Below, one piece after another: positions 12,320 through 25,511 of a DNA stretch of 64,000 nucleotides. Position numbers and translations under genes: made by a program. The stretch spans positions 13,456,001 to 13,520,000 of the forward strand of contig NW_024704743.1 of assembly GCF_018977255.1 (NCBI RefSeq), in the 5' to 3' direction. Below the pieces are notes generated by a model that did no database searches, was not told the DNA's origin, and saw nothing but the letters and a program-made list of their open reading frames with translations. Each line of letters starts with the position of its first letter. Positions within the stretch are counted from its first letter, which is position 1. This DNA comes from Callorhinchus milii. Its lineage: Eukaryota.

Positions 12320-13790
12320 ACACAACCCACCTCCACGGCCACTCACACACCCTCAATCCTCACCTCAGAAGCTAAGTGCAAAGAGGTCCTGGATGTTTTC
12401 ATCACCAAGAGCAACAACATCTGCCTGGTTGCCTTCTCCTCATTCCACTCCCATGTCGCCTCCTTCACCACCCTATCCTAACACGGCCCATGCCCGACAC
12501 TCATTTGCCCTCATCTCTCCCGCCTCCCTTTCCCCCACCATCACCAAGATGAAGCCCACCATCTGCTGCCTCAAACCCCACCTCACCCAGCTTCTGGTCA
12601 CCCAACTCCCCCTCCTCGGCCCACTGCTGCCTGACTCAATCAACCAGTCCCTCTCCTCAAGCTCTGTCCCACTCTCCCTCAAAACCGCTGTCATCATTCC
12701 TCACCTCAAAAAACCTACCCTCGATCCCTCCAACTTCACAAATTTCAAACCTGACCTTCCTGGCCAAAGCTTTGGAATGCATGGTTGCAAATCAACTTCG
12801 CTCACACCCCCTTTCCACTCCACACGAACCCCTCCAGTCCGGTTTCCACCCTGCCCACAGCATAGAGACAGCGTTCATCAAAGTAACAAATGATCAGGGC
12901 TCCCTCTGCCTCCTCATTATTCTCGACCTCTCCGCTCTCCCTGGCTCTCACTCAGACTCACCAAACAGGTGCTCAATTTAGGCATCAGGTTTGATTCACA
13001 GCTTTCCTTTCTCCCACACATCTGTTCCCTGACCAGGACTGCTTTTTTCCACCTCCGTCACATTGCCTACCTATGTCTGGACCTCATAACCGACGCAGCT
13101 GAAACCCTTATCCACGTCTTTGTCACCCCCGGCTGGACTTTTCAAATGCTCTCCTCGCTGGTCTTCCCAGTTCCACCACACACAAAATTCAATTCATAGA
13201 ATCATAGAATCAGCACAGAAAGAGGCCATTTGGCCCATCGCTTCTGCACCAGCTCCTGCAAGAGCAAATCAATTCAATGCCACTGGCCCACTTTCTCTCT
13301 ATATCCCTGCAATCCGGTCCTCCCCAAATACCCATCTACTAATTAATTCAGAACGCCGCCACCCAGCTACTAACCTGCACAAAACTATGGACCCCCATTA
13401 CTACAGTCCTTGCTAGACTGCACTGGCTTCCAATTACCGAACAGATTGACTTCAAGATCCTCTCATTCATTTTAAAATATCTTCATACACTCCCACCTCC
13501 CTACTTATCCGATTTGCTGACCCTCCACTCCACCACCCACTGCCTCCACTCGGCCAGCTCTGGCCTCCTGTTCATCCCTCACCTGCTCCGCTCTATCATA
13601 GGTGGCCATGCTTTCAGCCACTATGCCCCAAAGTTCTGAAACTCCCTCCCTCAACCCCTCCACCTTTCCCCTTCTCTCCCCACTTTCAAATCCCACCTAA
13701 AATCCTTTCTTTTTGATTGTGCTTATGGCCACCTACCCCCTCTCCAACTGGCTTATTGTCAGACTCCGCCACTGTGAAGGGCCTCCTTCT
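12320..13790 (+). mobile_element. Decayed L2 LINE with an inserted CR1 3' tail (~13195-13330, minus)
   Basis: LKTAVIIPHLKKPTLDPSNFTNFKP and QSGFHPAHSIETAFIKVTND remnants. Confidence 0.8.
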
Positions 13791-14663
13791 GTGCTGTATA
13801 ATTCTATGATTCTATGATTAACCATATAATTTTTTTAAAAAATTGTCACTCATTGTTTTAAAATTGTCACTCAACTAATGTTTGTGGCACACTACTACAT
13901 TTCACCCACAAAATATACAGTAAATTCAGTTTACAGTATATTCTGTGATGCGCTTTGAGACATGTCGAAGATATAATGTAACAAGCATTATTCTTGTTAT
14001 TAAAAATGGAGAATTGTAATTTTGAGCCAGGATTAACTTTTGAAGGTGGGGTGGCTCTCAGATTAAACTAACTTAGTTCAAAGAGCTATCCGCATAAATG
14101 ATTATCATGCATCTGGAAAACTGAGAGAATTTTTTTTTATAGCTGTCACTTGCGCAGAATGTGTCATAACTCTCCAGAAGGAAGTAACAGAAAATTTAAA
14201 AAAGTGACAAAGTGAAATGGCAAGTGTTAAATATTCATTCCATGTGCTACCTATTTAGCTGGTACTTGACAACCAGGTAAAGCATAAAAATTGTTCAGTG
14301 TGTTGGTACAGATCCTTCTTGCTACAGCATCTCTAGTGGCCCAGGAGGTCTCATGTCTACACAGTTACAGTTACCCTGGATATACATTCACAAAGCTATT
14401 TCCCTTGGAGAGACAATATCTCAGTTTATTGTATTTCATACTGATTTTATGAAATATTTACAAAGTTCTGAACAATAATTTTTTCAAGAATTTAGGAATG
14501 CTTACCTAACTCTGGAAAGTATTAGGCGCAAGTTGGCAAGAGCCAAGGCTTGGGGACCCAGAGTGTGCGTTGGGGCACTGTTGGAGTCTAACGAGCTAAA
14601 ACCTCACAGCTTGCCATTGATATTGCTGTCCAGCAACGTTTCCTACTGCTTGTCCAGCTAGGA

Positions 14664-17612
14664 CAACAACAACAACAAGATTCCATTTATAGAGCGCCTT
14701 TCACGTCGGGAGGACGTCCCAAGGCGCTGGACAGTTGGGTCAGGACCTGAGCAGGGGGGAAATGGTCAGGGTGAGGGGAGGGAAGGGAGGGAGCGAGGAG
14801 GGGGTAGAGAGTTGAGAGGGGAGCTGAAGGCACGGTCAAAGAGAAAGGTCTTGAGACCGGCCTTGAAGGAGGAAAGGGAGGAGGCGGCGAAGGCACTGGG
14901 GGATGGAGTTCCAGAGCCTAGGGGCTGAGAGGCTGAAGGCCCGGCCACCAATGGTAGGGCGGTTGGGGCGGGGGACATGGAGCAGACCGGAGCCAGAGGA
15001 ACGGAGGGTACGGGCAGGTAAGTAGGCGGATAGTAGGTTGGAGAGGTAGGAGGGAGCAAGGCCGTGAATGGCCTTGTAGGTGAGGATGAGGATCTTGAAT
15101 TCGATCCTCTGGGGGATGGGGAGCCAGTGGAGGCGAGCGAGGGTGGGAGTGATGTGGTCCGAAGCCTGGTGCGGGACAGTACACGAGCTGCAGAGTTCTG
15201 AATGACCTGCAGCTTGTGGAGGGAGGTACCGGGAAGGCCGGTGAGGAGAGAGTTCCCATAGTCCAGCCTTGAGGTGATAAAGGCGTGAACCACAGTTTCA
15301 GCAGCGTGAGGGGTGAGGTAGTGCCGTAGTCTGGCGACATTCCGGAGGTGATGGAAGGCGGTGCCAGTTGTGGTGCGGATATGAGGGAGAAAGGACAGCT
15401 CAGGGTCGAACAGAACCCGAGGTTCCTGACTGGCTTTGAGAGGTGGAGAGTGCAGCCTTGGATGCTGATGCTGTCAGCGCCTGAGGTGCGGAGGCGCTGA
15501 CGTGAGCCAATCAGGAGGGCCTCAGTTTTTCGCACGTTGAGCTGAAGAAAGTTGTCTCTCGTCCAGGACTCGATGTCGGACAGGCAGGCTGTCAGGACAT
15601 CGGTGGTCGTGGAGTTGAGGGTAGAGGAGGAAAGGTAGAGTTGGGTGTCATCCGCATACATGTGGAAGTTAACCCCATGTCTGCGGATGATGTCACCAAG
15701 GGGGAGCATATAGAGGGTGAAGAGGAGGGGACCGAGGACAGAGCCCTGAGGGACACCGCACGAGACAGTGCGGGGGTGGAGGAAAAGCCGTTTGTGGAAA
15801 CAAAATGAAGACGGTGGGAGGGATACGACCTAAACCACTCAAGGACAGGGCCTTGAAGGTTGAGGTGGGAGGACAAGCGGTGGAGGAGGATAGCGTGGTC
15901 GACCGTATCGAATGCTGCCGATAGGTCGAGGAGGACGAGGAGGCAGAGGGAGCCCTGGTCGCAGATGGTCAAGATGTCATTGGTGACCTTGACCAGGGCG
16001 GTTTCTGTGCTATGGGCAGCACGGAAACCCGACTGAAGGGGTTCGAATAATGAATGGGTGGAGAGGAAAGAGCGCAGTTGGGAGGCGACAACTCTTTCAA
16101 GGACCTTGGACAGGAAGGGGAGGTTGGAGATGGGCCGGTAGCTTGATAGCTGCGACGCATCAAGGGAGGGTTTTTTCAAGTGGGAGTGATGATGGCAGTT
16201 TTTAGGGGAATGGGAACAGAGCCAGAGGAGAGGGACAGGTTGATGATGTCTGTGATATGTGGGGCAAGGAGGTGGAGCTGAGAGATAAGGAGTGGAGTGG
16301 GGATGGGGTCAAGGGAGCAGGTGGTGGGTTTCAGGGACAGGATGAGTTTGGTGACAGAGGGTGGGGAAATGGGTACGAAGGTGTCTAGGGGAGGATGGGT
16401 AGGAGTCGGAGTGTGGGAGGGAAGGGGTGGGGGTGGGTGGAAGTTGGAGGGGAAGTGACCGCGGAGCGGATTCCCTTGATTTTGGATTCAAGGAAATCCA
16501 GCATCTCCTCGCAGTGAAGGTTGGAGGAGATGACCTGCGCGGGGTGGCGCGGGGATGGAGGAGTTGGGATGTGGTAGAAAACAGAAGCCTGGGGTTGTTC
16601 TTCGCCTCCAGGATTATCCTGGAGTAGAAGGACGACTTGGCCGAGGCTAGAGTGGAGCGGTAGATTTTGAGGAGGTCCAGCCAGATTTGCTGGTGGACCG
16701 TTAGGCCAGATTTGAGGCAGGTGTGTTCAGCGGCCCGCAACTGGCTCTTCAGTGAGCGGAGGTGGGTGGTGAACCAGGGGAGGAGCAAGAATAGGAGACA
16801 GTACGGGAGGTGATGGGGGCAAGAGTGTCGAGTGTGGAGGAGAGGGTGTTGTGGAGGAGGGTGGGAGGAGAAGAGGGGTCAGTGAGGGTTGAAGGCCAGA
16901 GGGAGAGAGGTTCAGAGGACTCCATGGCAGCGGTTAGGGATTGTGGGGGGTAACTTCTTCCAGGGGTGGTAAAAGATGGCAGTGGGTCTGGTGGAGGTGG
17001 GGAGGGGGGTGGAGGTGGTGAAGGAGATGAAGTGGTGATCGGAGACGGTAATGGTGACATCCGAGACACTGAGGCCCCGGGTGATCACCAAATCGAGTGG
17101 ATGGCCGTGACTGTGAGTGGCGGAGTTGATGTGGAGGGAGAGGTTGAGCGAGGAGAGCAGGGAAGAGAAGTCCGAGGAGATGGAGCAGGAGGGGGTGAAG
17201 TGCAGGTTGAAGTCGCCCAGGATGATGAGGCGATCAGAGCAGAGGCAGAGAGATGTAAGTAGTGTAGAAATATCGGAGATGAAGGTGGGAGAGGTTTTAG
17301 GGGGCCGGTAGAGGAGGAGGATTTTGAGTGAGAGGAAGGAGGGGTGGGAGAGGGTGAGGTGCTCAAAAGAGGGGAAAGAGCCAGAGGAGTAGGGGGATAG
17401 GGCAAGTGGTGTCCTTGAGATAAGGGCTACACCACCGCCACGGCGGTTGGGGCGAGGGATGTGGTGGGAGGTGTAGCCGGGTGGTGTGGCATCCGTGAAG
17501 GGGAAGGTGTCGCCTGGGGTGAGCCAGGTTTCTGTTAAGGCCATGATGTCAACGCTCTCATCAAGGATGAGATCGTTGATGACCAGGGCCTTATTACAGA
17601 GGGAGCGGACGT
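14664..17612 (-). mobile_element. Young, near-complete L2 LINE ORF2 (APE endonuclease + RT) with frameshifts
   Basis: Motifs [66 protein letters not shown] and [10 protein letters not shown]. 3' tail ...ATAAATGGAATCTT(GTT)n. Confidence 0.95.
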
Positions 17613-17737
17613 GGCTGTCTGCCCTTCCAGGTTCTGCTGATGAGCCAGTCTGGCTGTGCTGTCATCCACAGTGCCCTGGAATACTGTGGACCCGCCTGGC
17701 TCCAGAACCGGACTACCAAGACTGCCACAGAGGGTTG

Positions 17738-18295
17738 AGACCCTCATCCACGCAATCATCACATCCAGGCTCGACTATGCAAACTCCCTGCCTGCCGGCC
17801 TCCCCAATTCCTCCCTACACAGGCTGCAGATCATCCAGAACTCTGCAGCCTGTGTCCTCTCCCGCAACCCAATCACCTCCATCCTTGCCCAACTCCACTG
17901 GCTTCCCAGGATACAGTTCAAGATCCTGGTCTTCACTTTCAAAGCTCTCCATGGCCTTGCTCCTCCCTACCTCTGTGACCTCCTAACATCCTAACAACCT
18001 GTCCGCTCCCTCCGCTCAGTGGGCTCCAGCTTGCATCACATCCCCCACCTCACCCACCCCACCATTGGTGGGTGGGCCTTCAGCCACTCTGCTCCATTCC
18101 AAAGTCCCTCCGCCTTGACCCCTCCCTTGCCTTCTTAAAGACCTGTCACAAGACCCTCCTCTTCGATCATGACTTCGGTCACTTTCCTACCCCTATTCCC
18201 CTGCCCTCCACCACTCCTGATCTCAACCACCAGCTCGAGTGTGGATCCCTGATTGTCCAATGCCTTGGGTCGTCCTCCTTGTTGTTGTTGTTGTC
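17738..18295 (+). mobile_element. L2 LINE 3' fragment
   Basis: ETLIHAIITSRLDYANSL...LHWLPRIQFKILVFTFKALHGLAPPYL; (GTT)n tail. Confidence 0.88.
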
Positions 18296-19359
18296 ATCTC
18301 TGTATAGTTGAATCTGATATGCATTGGCTGTTAAAGATAGTGAGCTTTTCTGGTTGTCTTCATAAAGGATTTTTTAGAGTAAAAATAACTACAAATGCAT
18401 GTGAAATGGAAAATGTTACAGTAACACTGATATTACCTCAATGGAGATTTATACATCATTCTACACAATGGATCAGCACCACTCAATGGCGAGTTATTTT
18501 GCGCAAAGGAGGCATCATTACCAATTTAGGAAGATGAACTAGAAAGATGAGTGTTAAGGAATTTGGGGGTATGTGGTGGAGCAGATTAGTGAACTGATCA
18601 GCAAGTACTATTTAAAGACAAAGGTATCGGGGTGGTAGCAGGATTATATAAATTGCCTTTGTTGAGTTTCAGAATGTAATACATAAGACATTGTCTAGGC
18701 CTTAGCCTCTGATTTGCATGTTGGGCTGTGTTTGGGTTTTTATGTGTCATGTATCATAATTTAAATTGAGCCCCAAAGAGCTAGTGTTCGAATAATTAGG
18801 AACATCTGACCAGTTCAAGATGAACAAGTGTATGTGTAGCCTGGGTATTTGGCAGCAACCTAAACGTTCAGTCTCCATTAACTTTACAGAGCAAATGAAT
18901 TAAAGGAATAGAAGTCCATACAACCATCAAAGAAGCAATTGAATTGATTGTCTTTAGAGCAGTAATATTATGAAATCTTTGCTGTGTGGTTAGTTATTTG
19001 AGTGATCCCACCTACCTTCCAGAGCAGTATTGAGTATTAAGGGAATGAGCTACAAGGAGCAACCAGATAAGTTACGGTTCTTCAACCTTGAAAAGACACA
19101 TCTCAAATTTGACTATATACAGATATATATATTGTGTAAATAGATTAAGTTATCCTGTAACAAAGATGGTAAGCTTGTACGTGTGCATCATCTTTGAGGT
19201 AGAATAATGTCTCAAAGCATCATTATAGAATATACTGTAAAGTGAATTCACATTACAGTATATTCTATGAAGGGCTTTGAGGCATCTCAAAGATGTGATA
19301 AGGCTCTATATCAAATTCAAGGATTATTATTATTAACGCTTGCAACCAAAGGATCCAGT

Positions 19360-19510
19360 ATGGAAACAGAAACAGAAGTCGCTGGGAGCACTCAGCAGGT
19401 CAGGCAGCATCTATGGAGAAAAGAAAGTGAGTCAATGTTTCGGGTCCATGACCCCCTTCGTCAGAATAGATGTTTTCAGATTTCCAGCATCTGCAGTATT
19501 TTATGTTTTG
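19360..19510 (-). mobile_element. Penelope-like element terminal remnant
   Basis: The reverse complement matches the tail of the GIY-YIG element at 42750-42880 (GATGCTGCCTGACCTGCTG.GTG.T.CCAGC). Confidence 0.7.
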
Positions 19511-22500
19511 ATCCAACATGGAATGTACATTGACACACAGACACACATTTCCTCCTTATCTATACTCATCTGGGAGGACTCCTGTGGGAGGACTCCTTTT
19601 GGGAGGACTCGGCACTTTAAAAATGTAATTTTGTTATTGTTGCCACGGCTTAGCTTTGTCTGTGTTCTTTATTTTGTTCCCGCTCTGTGATGCACGTTGC
19701 CACAGCACCACTTTGACTCAGCAGGTGTAACTGCAGTGACAAACGCAAAACAAAATAACTCATGAACTATTGGAGATACCCCAAAACAAATATACCCATG
19801 TCACTCTCATATGCAAGACCTTCCTGATGAGGTATGAATCAGTTATTACATCAATTAATCAGTTACGTCAATCAGTTATTGAGATCCTTCTTGAAGCGCA
19901 GACAGACATTGTCATTTTATTAGTGTAGAAGAAGATAGATAGAAGAAGCATCTTACAAAAAGAAGTTGGGAGGGAGGGGTTACAAATGTTGACCAATGGT
20001 ATGGTCAGTTATTGGTTTCTAGGAGGGTTTTGAAAACAAATGATTGCAGAATTATTTGCATTAGTTCATTACATAATTGAGAGCACTTGTATTCCCTCTG
20101 AACATAAATTTGCACATGGTTAACACAAATTGGACCTGTCTTTGAATTGAAGTTGAGAATACAATTGTCAGTTTTCCAAGACTGCTCTTCACCTCAAAAA
20201 CAAGTTTAAATCCACCTATTAAATAAATAATTATTTGTGGAGGACAAGTTTGCAGGGCTATGGGGAGAGAGCAGGGGAATGGGATTGATTTGGATAGCTC
20301 TTTTCAAAGAGCCAGCAAGACACGATGGGCCAACTGGCCTCCTTATGTGCTGTATAATTCTATGATTCTATTTGCCAGAAGAGTTTTCTCTTAATAGTTT
20401 CAAAGGGTTTGCAAGTCTAATTAGTTGTTGGAATTCTCAGGCAAGTTTCCATGGATATGAATCCAAGAAAGGACTGTTCCTAATCAATGAATACCAGGAT
20501 TGAAAGTGTTGCCATTCAAAATTATTATGTGGACATCACTGGTATTTAAAGCCACGTTTTCTTTTAAAATGTTGTAAATGTTCATACAGCACTTAAAATA
20601 GCAGCTTTGAATGTGTTCCAAGACTACAGAGCACTTGAAGGGCATTGATGATGCTGTAAACCAAATGAGCAAAGCTCAGTTTATGAACATTTTCACTGCT
20701 TTATAGCTTTGATCATTTTCCCAGCTATTTTTTCAATGTAATATGGTCATTGTTTTATCTGTGAAACTTTTGTTTCAAATTCATTACCAATTAAAGAGTT
20801 GGAATTGACTGATGGTTAATTTTTTGTATAGTTATACACTGTCCCTATTTCACCCACTGAATGTCTTTCCATCATGTCACAGCCAGTATTTGTTTTACAA
20901 GGTTCTGATGGTAGATCAGGGTTCGAACCTGCATCGTGTCTGTGGAGATCAATCCCAGTTGACTATCATGATCATGAGCCCTATTACCATATTAGACTGC
21001 TTCATTTAAAAATGTGAGTCATCTCCACATTTAAACTCAGTTTGTACTGCCGTAAATTTGTAGTAAGAGAAATCTTGTTCACTACAGTTATCTTTTCTGA
21101 GAATTTTTAAACAATGAATGATACAGCATGTATTATGATGACCAAAATATTCATAACCATTTGTCATGACATTGTTTTAGAAAAATCTTATTAGTATTAG
21201 TTTTTTTAAAGCGCATTACTGTAAGGTATCAGGGTTAGGAGGAATCGTGCTGCATCATAAGCATCTCTTACTTGGTCAGACTTGATTAAATAACGTATCA
21301 TACTTTAAAGCCACACCAGTTTTATTTGAATAAGGGTTCTTTTAATTTATTTTATATTCTTCTGTTTAATCAGAAGAGAGCATATTGTTCCAACATTATC
21401 ATTGGCCACACAATATTTGACTGAGTAATGCTTCATGCTGTCATTTGAAGAGAAGTTAAGATATACTTCACATTCCACTACTGCCCTTATCAATACACCT
21501 ACAGATTATGCACATCTAGCCTAGAATACTATGTTATGGTGGTCCCTTGCAAGTTTTCTCTTTTAGCCATGGTACTTTAGATGGTGGTTATCTATAAAAA
21601 TATGCCCAATTTATGGACATTGTCTGCAGCCTCATGTTAGACTTAAGTCGTCTGGATACAAATAGCCAACTTTAAAATTCTCAATAAAATAGATTTCAAG
21701 GCTTTGATTGCATCCACCTCAGAAATACACAATACCATTTTTTGGCAATCCAGTCAGTGCACAGTATTCCTTTGGTCAAAATGAGGGCATGTAGCATTAG
21801 GAAATTGGTAAACTCACTTGGACAAACAGTAGAAGCAATAATAGAATAACAAACTGTTTACAGTCAGTGAGTTGCAATTCTGCAACAAGCAATCTGTCCC
21901 TTGGCTACTCTGCAAAATAAAGCTGCTCTATTTCATTTAAATTTCCATTTCATTGAGCATATTTTAATAATCCACATTTTTATCTTGCAAGCTACACTGA
22001 ACCAGGAAACTCAGATGAAAAGTATTACATTCATTTAGATTTACAAAAAGCAACACAGACTACAAAAATGTCTAATAGGCAAGTAAGCAGACAAATTAAG
22101 CAACACAATATTTCTAACCCTCATCACAAAATTGTTTCGTGCATGTCTTAAATAAGAATATTTAAACAAACCAAATTCTACATGGTCTGTAACATCTATT
22201 ATATAAAATATAGACTTTGTATAGTTTCTAGTACTTAATTTTTCCCTTGATAAATATCTCTTTAGCATATATACAGATATTCATGCTGAAAATACAGTAC
22301 CATAAATAGCAGAGGATGTACAGACATACAGATCTATTCTGTACATTACAGTATATCTCACTGAAGAATCATGAATAAAACACATAAATTATCGTTATTA
22401 ATTCACATTTTGTCATCAGTAATATTTCATTTCAAGTTTAAACACAGACAAATATTTAAATGACCTTCAAGGCCCATGACAAATCACTGATAGAAAAAAC

Positions 22501-23070
22501 AAGCTTTTCCATTAGCCTTTATTATTTTATCAAGTTCTCAATCAGCCTTTATTATTTTAAATAACCCTTATTGTATATTCAGATTTCAAATGTTGCATTA
22601 TGTGCAAATGATGTGTAAGAAAATCTGGTCTTATTCATCTAAGAATGAGTGAGCTAACCTCTGCTAGAATTATTTGACCTGAATGCAAACTAGCCAATCA
22701 AAAGTTTATCCAGGTCTGAATCAATGACATTGCTTTTAGGATCACTTGTGTGGTATGTGGGTCAGATTGATTTTGCTGTGCTCCACTCTGTATTGTTTGT
22801 TAATTTGGGTTCAAAATGCTGGTATAAGGTGGAAATCTGTCCTTTTGCAGAAACTCTAAATCTGAAACAGCCAGTTGTAGATGGAGTGCTGCATCCACCC
22901 CCTAAAGCACGTGAATTGCTATTGCACACTTCAATCATTATTGCTCAAACTTACACTTATCGGAGATCTAATTACCAATAATACTCCTTTGAGACCTATC
23001 TCCAGAGTCTCATGGGGCTGAGCTGGCTCAAAGTGACATGCCTGGCAACCGAATGTTGGAATCGATTTAA

Positions 23071-23514
23071 CCCTCTATGGCAATCTCGGTAGTCTGGTTC
23101 CTGAGCCAGGCAGGCCTGATGACAGACTAACCAGTATAACTTGTTGGCAGCATTTGGAGGAGCATATCAGTAACTGGAAGGAGAGATTTTTCCCTGTGGA
23201 ATCCTGTCAAATCTGCAAACCAAAGCCCTGAAAGGTAGGGAGGATAAGGAGCAGAAAGTTTGCCAAACAATCCTCTCACTGGCAAAGCTAAACCCATATC
23301 CAGCAGAATCCCAACACACACTCTGGGACCCCCAAGCCTTGGCTCTTACCAACCGCATTTTAATACTTTCCGGAATTAACTAAGCAGAGCAAGTTTCTAC
23401 AGGAAAGGCGTGCTCACTCCTTCCTGGCAAGGGAAGAAATGTCTAATTTGAATATTCTTAAACATGGTGATAGGTTTCTGTGTGTGTTAGACGCCCAGCT
23501 GACTCCCAAAAAGT
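23071..23514. mobile_element. Old non-autonomous DNA-transposon-like repeat flanked by TTAA (piggyBac-like)
   Basis: TTAA|CCCT left end and TTAA at 23515-23518. Homologous pieces at ~14490-14662, 17615-17737, 28182-28332, 40590-40892 and 47372-47405. Confidence 0.5.
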
Positions 23515-25511
23515 TTAAGCATTCTTATTGTTCTTATTTTTATTGCCTCTTTAAGCAATTGCTGTATTGTACATAAAATAGTGCTTATGTATAAATACTG
23601 TAATATTGCAAGAGAAACAGCTGAATTTCTAAGGTACCACCTGTAATATGTTCTTCTACACAGGCCCTGATAACCCCTTCTGTGAAGTAAGCACTAACAG
23701 TGCTGAGCACAATGCTGGCAACTGCCTTGTAAGTCAGAATTTTCCCCTCACGCACTGTGCAACTAAATATTAAAAGCTACTGAATTTATGTACAATCTTG
23801 TTTTGACCATTGAGTGTACCGAGTGACCCTGTAGGAGATGTTACCTTTTTATTGTTCCATTTATTTAGATCATATTTTCAGCGAATGATTTAGGCAGATC
23901 TACAAATAGCTGATATTTTCTTTGAAAAAGTGTGTTCTGCAAACCTAGCTGTGGACAAGAGTCCTTTTTCATTTGCATTCCACCTTTCAATATTTTGAAA
24001 CAAGAATAGAGTGCCATGCTGGGAGCAGGGTGCAGTAAATCAAATTAGTATTTTAAGGTGTTTTTGTGCTACCACCACATTCACGGTATCGGGGAAAGAT
24101 CAAGGCCTCAGTGTCATATATAGTGCTCCAATAATGAGTGAAAACCCATAGTCCTTGCTACTGATGCTGAAGAAAATCTTCTCCAGAGCAGATGAGAGGA
24201 CCAGCATGAGTTTCTCATTGAAAAGCATGACAAAATAACAGGATATTGCTCTTGTAATGCTAGTCAGTATGAAATCCAGACTACACTTAATTTCTGACTT
24301 CAAGGTGGCTTTTTCTTAATATAATTTGTAGGGATGTTGAATGAAGCAGTTGTCACTATGGAGTGACAATACTGTAAATATTGAATTCTACCAGTTACCA
24401 CCTGAACCCTGGCAATCCTGCAGGTGATTGGAGGATATATAGGTTCTTGTGGATCACTTCAGTTACCAGCAGAATTAAATATGCACAAATTCTGTTTCAA
24501 ATACTTTATTTTCGACCCATTGTAGCCCAAATTAATATTGTATCCACTGGAGATAGGTTTACTATTTGAGTTTATTGTTGTTGCTGCTGAAAATTCATTG
24601 AAAACCTTAATAACTAAGGACTCTGCATTGTAAGAAAAAGGTGCACATGGATTTCTATTTCAAAAATCTAGATTGTCAGATTTTTCCAAGCAGTTTACCG
24701 AAAATATGCACAATCCAAAATCAAAATAGTGCAAACCCTATGGTATGCACTATTTTCTTGCTGAAAGATTACAGTCAATAGTGCACCTTAATCAACCATT
24801 GGAAAGTACCCAAGAAGAATCAGGGAGGTTTTTTTTATATTTAACCCTTCCTTGGGATAGTAGCAGAGGCCTAAATTCCTAATGAAATTACCTTAAAATT
24901 TAAGATTTAACGGAATTTTGGAAAATACTTAAAATTAAGTCTTAATTTGTAAGCTGATTTTCTACAGTTCTTAAAAAAAATTCAAATTTTAAGACTTTTG
25001 TGGCACAATCTTAAATTCAAGACAGTGGTTTTAAAGCTAAGACCGTGAGTTATATCGGGCCTATAACTTCCACAATAGCACCTCTCAAAGACTTGCTGAG
25101 ATTGTGAATTGTGAGCACCCCATCACAATGAGCAATGATCTGAGATCATTTCTGAGTGTTAAAGTGTCACCATGTTAGGCTCAAGAACAAGTCACTTTAA
25201 TCAGTGACATTTCACAAGGTAATATCAAACGTCTTGTTTGAAAGGCTCCCACAAAGCACCAACTGGGCTGATCCGCATTAGTCATTAATACTTATTTACT
25301 TTAGTTGGATTGTTTTTATTAAATGTAATAAACTTTTAACTTAACTAAGTATGCCTGTGAATAGATTCTGTAGCAATAGCAATGTTTATTTAAAAACAAG
25401 ATATCCCAAAAGAATGACATCATGCATTCACTTTTACAATGATACAGTGTTAAACTTCTTTACTTATAGGCTAGGTCTGCAAATCTTTCTGTGTGAAGTT
25501 GCTAAAAGTAT

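Noticed and set aside
14766..17544. Active reverse-transcriptase gene or novel RT system
   Set aside because: It is an ordinary L2 ORF2 broken by several frameshifts and lacking its 5' end.
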